A stretch of DNA of 20,000 bases, taken from Chiloscyllium plagiosum (Eukaryota). The position numbers and the translations under genes were made by a program. Location: positions 50,377,569 to 50,397,568 of the forward strand of contig NC_057728.1 in the NCBI RefSeq assembly GCF_004010195.1, in the 5' to 3' direction. A model generated the notes under the pieces. It did not search any database, was not told the origin of the DNA, and worked only from the letters and a program-made list of their open reading frames with translations. This document shows, piece by piece, positions 19,440 through 20,000 of the stretch; within the stretch, counting starts at the first letter, position 1, and each line of letters opens with the position of its first letter.

Positions 19440-20000
19440 CCTGCCTCAGCTCGGGACTCCCAAGCGGGACCCCGCCCTCCCGCCTAGACGGACAGCCGGA
19501 CCGACCAATCGTAAGAAGAATGGGCGGGTAGTAGGCGGGGTCGGGAGCGGGCCAATCGATGGCGGGGTACGGGGCGGGATATGCCGGACGTCACGTGATG
19601 AGTGGTGCTGGCGGCCGAGGGAGTGAGTGGGAAGCGGAGACAGAGTGAGGTGGAGTGGCTGGCCGACCAACTGGCGTCTACTCCCCTCACTCCCGTTCTA
19701 CGGGGTGGAGAGAAGGTGATTTCCATCGCGTGGGGGTGCCGCCGCCGCCCCTCCTCCTCCTTCTGAAAGCGGGTCTCTGGCTGTGGCAGGTGGGTGGGCG
19801 CGGAGATCCTTGGAGCCCCTCTCCCTCCCTCCCTTCCTCTTGAGGGGTTTGAGGAGGAGGCCGGAGGGTGAGGGAGGACAGTGAGGCGGCGGGAACCGTT
19901 GAATCAGGCGCGCGCGCTGCCCACGGGGCATCGGGCACGGGCGGCACAGTGAGCCCGTAACTCCGTCCCGCACGCGCCCAGCAATTCCCCCCCCCCCCCC
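19440..20000 (+). promoter_or_regulatory. CpG-island TATA-less Pol II promoter
   Basis: Abrupt switch to GC/CpG-rich sequence. CCAAT at 19505-19509 and 19552-19556. GC boxes at ~19471-19485 (reverse), 19522-19528, 19533-19540, 19560-19567 and 19571-19579. GACGTCACGTGAT at 19587-19599. Confidence 0.9.
19605..19789 (+). other. Probable non-coding first exon of an unidentified gene (start approximate)
   Basis: Lies just downstream of the promoter motifs and contains no ATG. Donor CAG|GTGGGT at 19789/19790, with an alternative AAG|GTGATT at 19715/19716. Confidence 0.5.

Noticed and set aside
19446..19973. Five ORFs in the CpG island
   Set aside because: Low-complexity Pro/Arg/Gly translations expected from GC-rich DNA, mostly with non-ATG starts.

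Overview
Vertebrate non-coding DNA, almost certainly from a shark. The HE1/V-SINEs with (TAATC)n tails, Deu-domain SINE, and CR1 and Rex1 LINE relics point to a bamboo/carpet shark, though that assignment is an inference. Most of the window is a nested graveyard of retroelements: CR1 LINEs, a second CR1/L2-group LINE, Rex1, L2, three HE1 SINEs, a DeuSINE, another tRNA-derived SINE and a Tigger-like MITE. No intact protein-coding gene is supported, and the listed ORFs are TE-derived or incidental. The last ~560 bp are a CpG-island promoter with 2 CCAAT boxes, several GC boxes and an overlapping CRE-like/E-box, followed by a probable non-coding first exon on +. The most notable signal is about ten dispersed, mostly decayed minimal hammerhead-ribozyme cores (CTGAnGA-stem II-GAAA-palindromic stem III). 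They sit in short fold-back, Penelope-like elements of at least three families, two of them flanked by long 15-18 bp target-site duplications. Also present are an old ~620 bp composite local duplication, a Rex1-tailed non-autonomous element with an internal 27-bp array, and a candidate 3-nt microexon. Family names come from visual recognition only; no database search was run.
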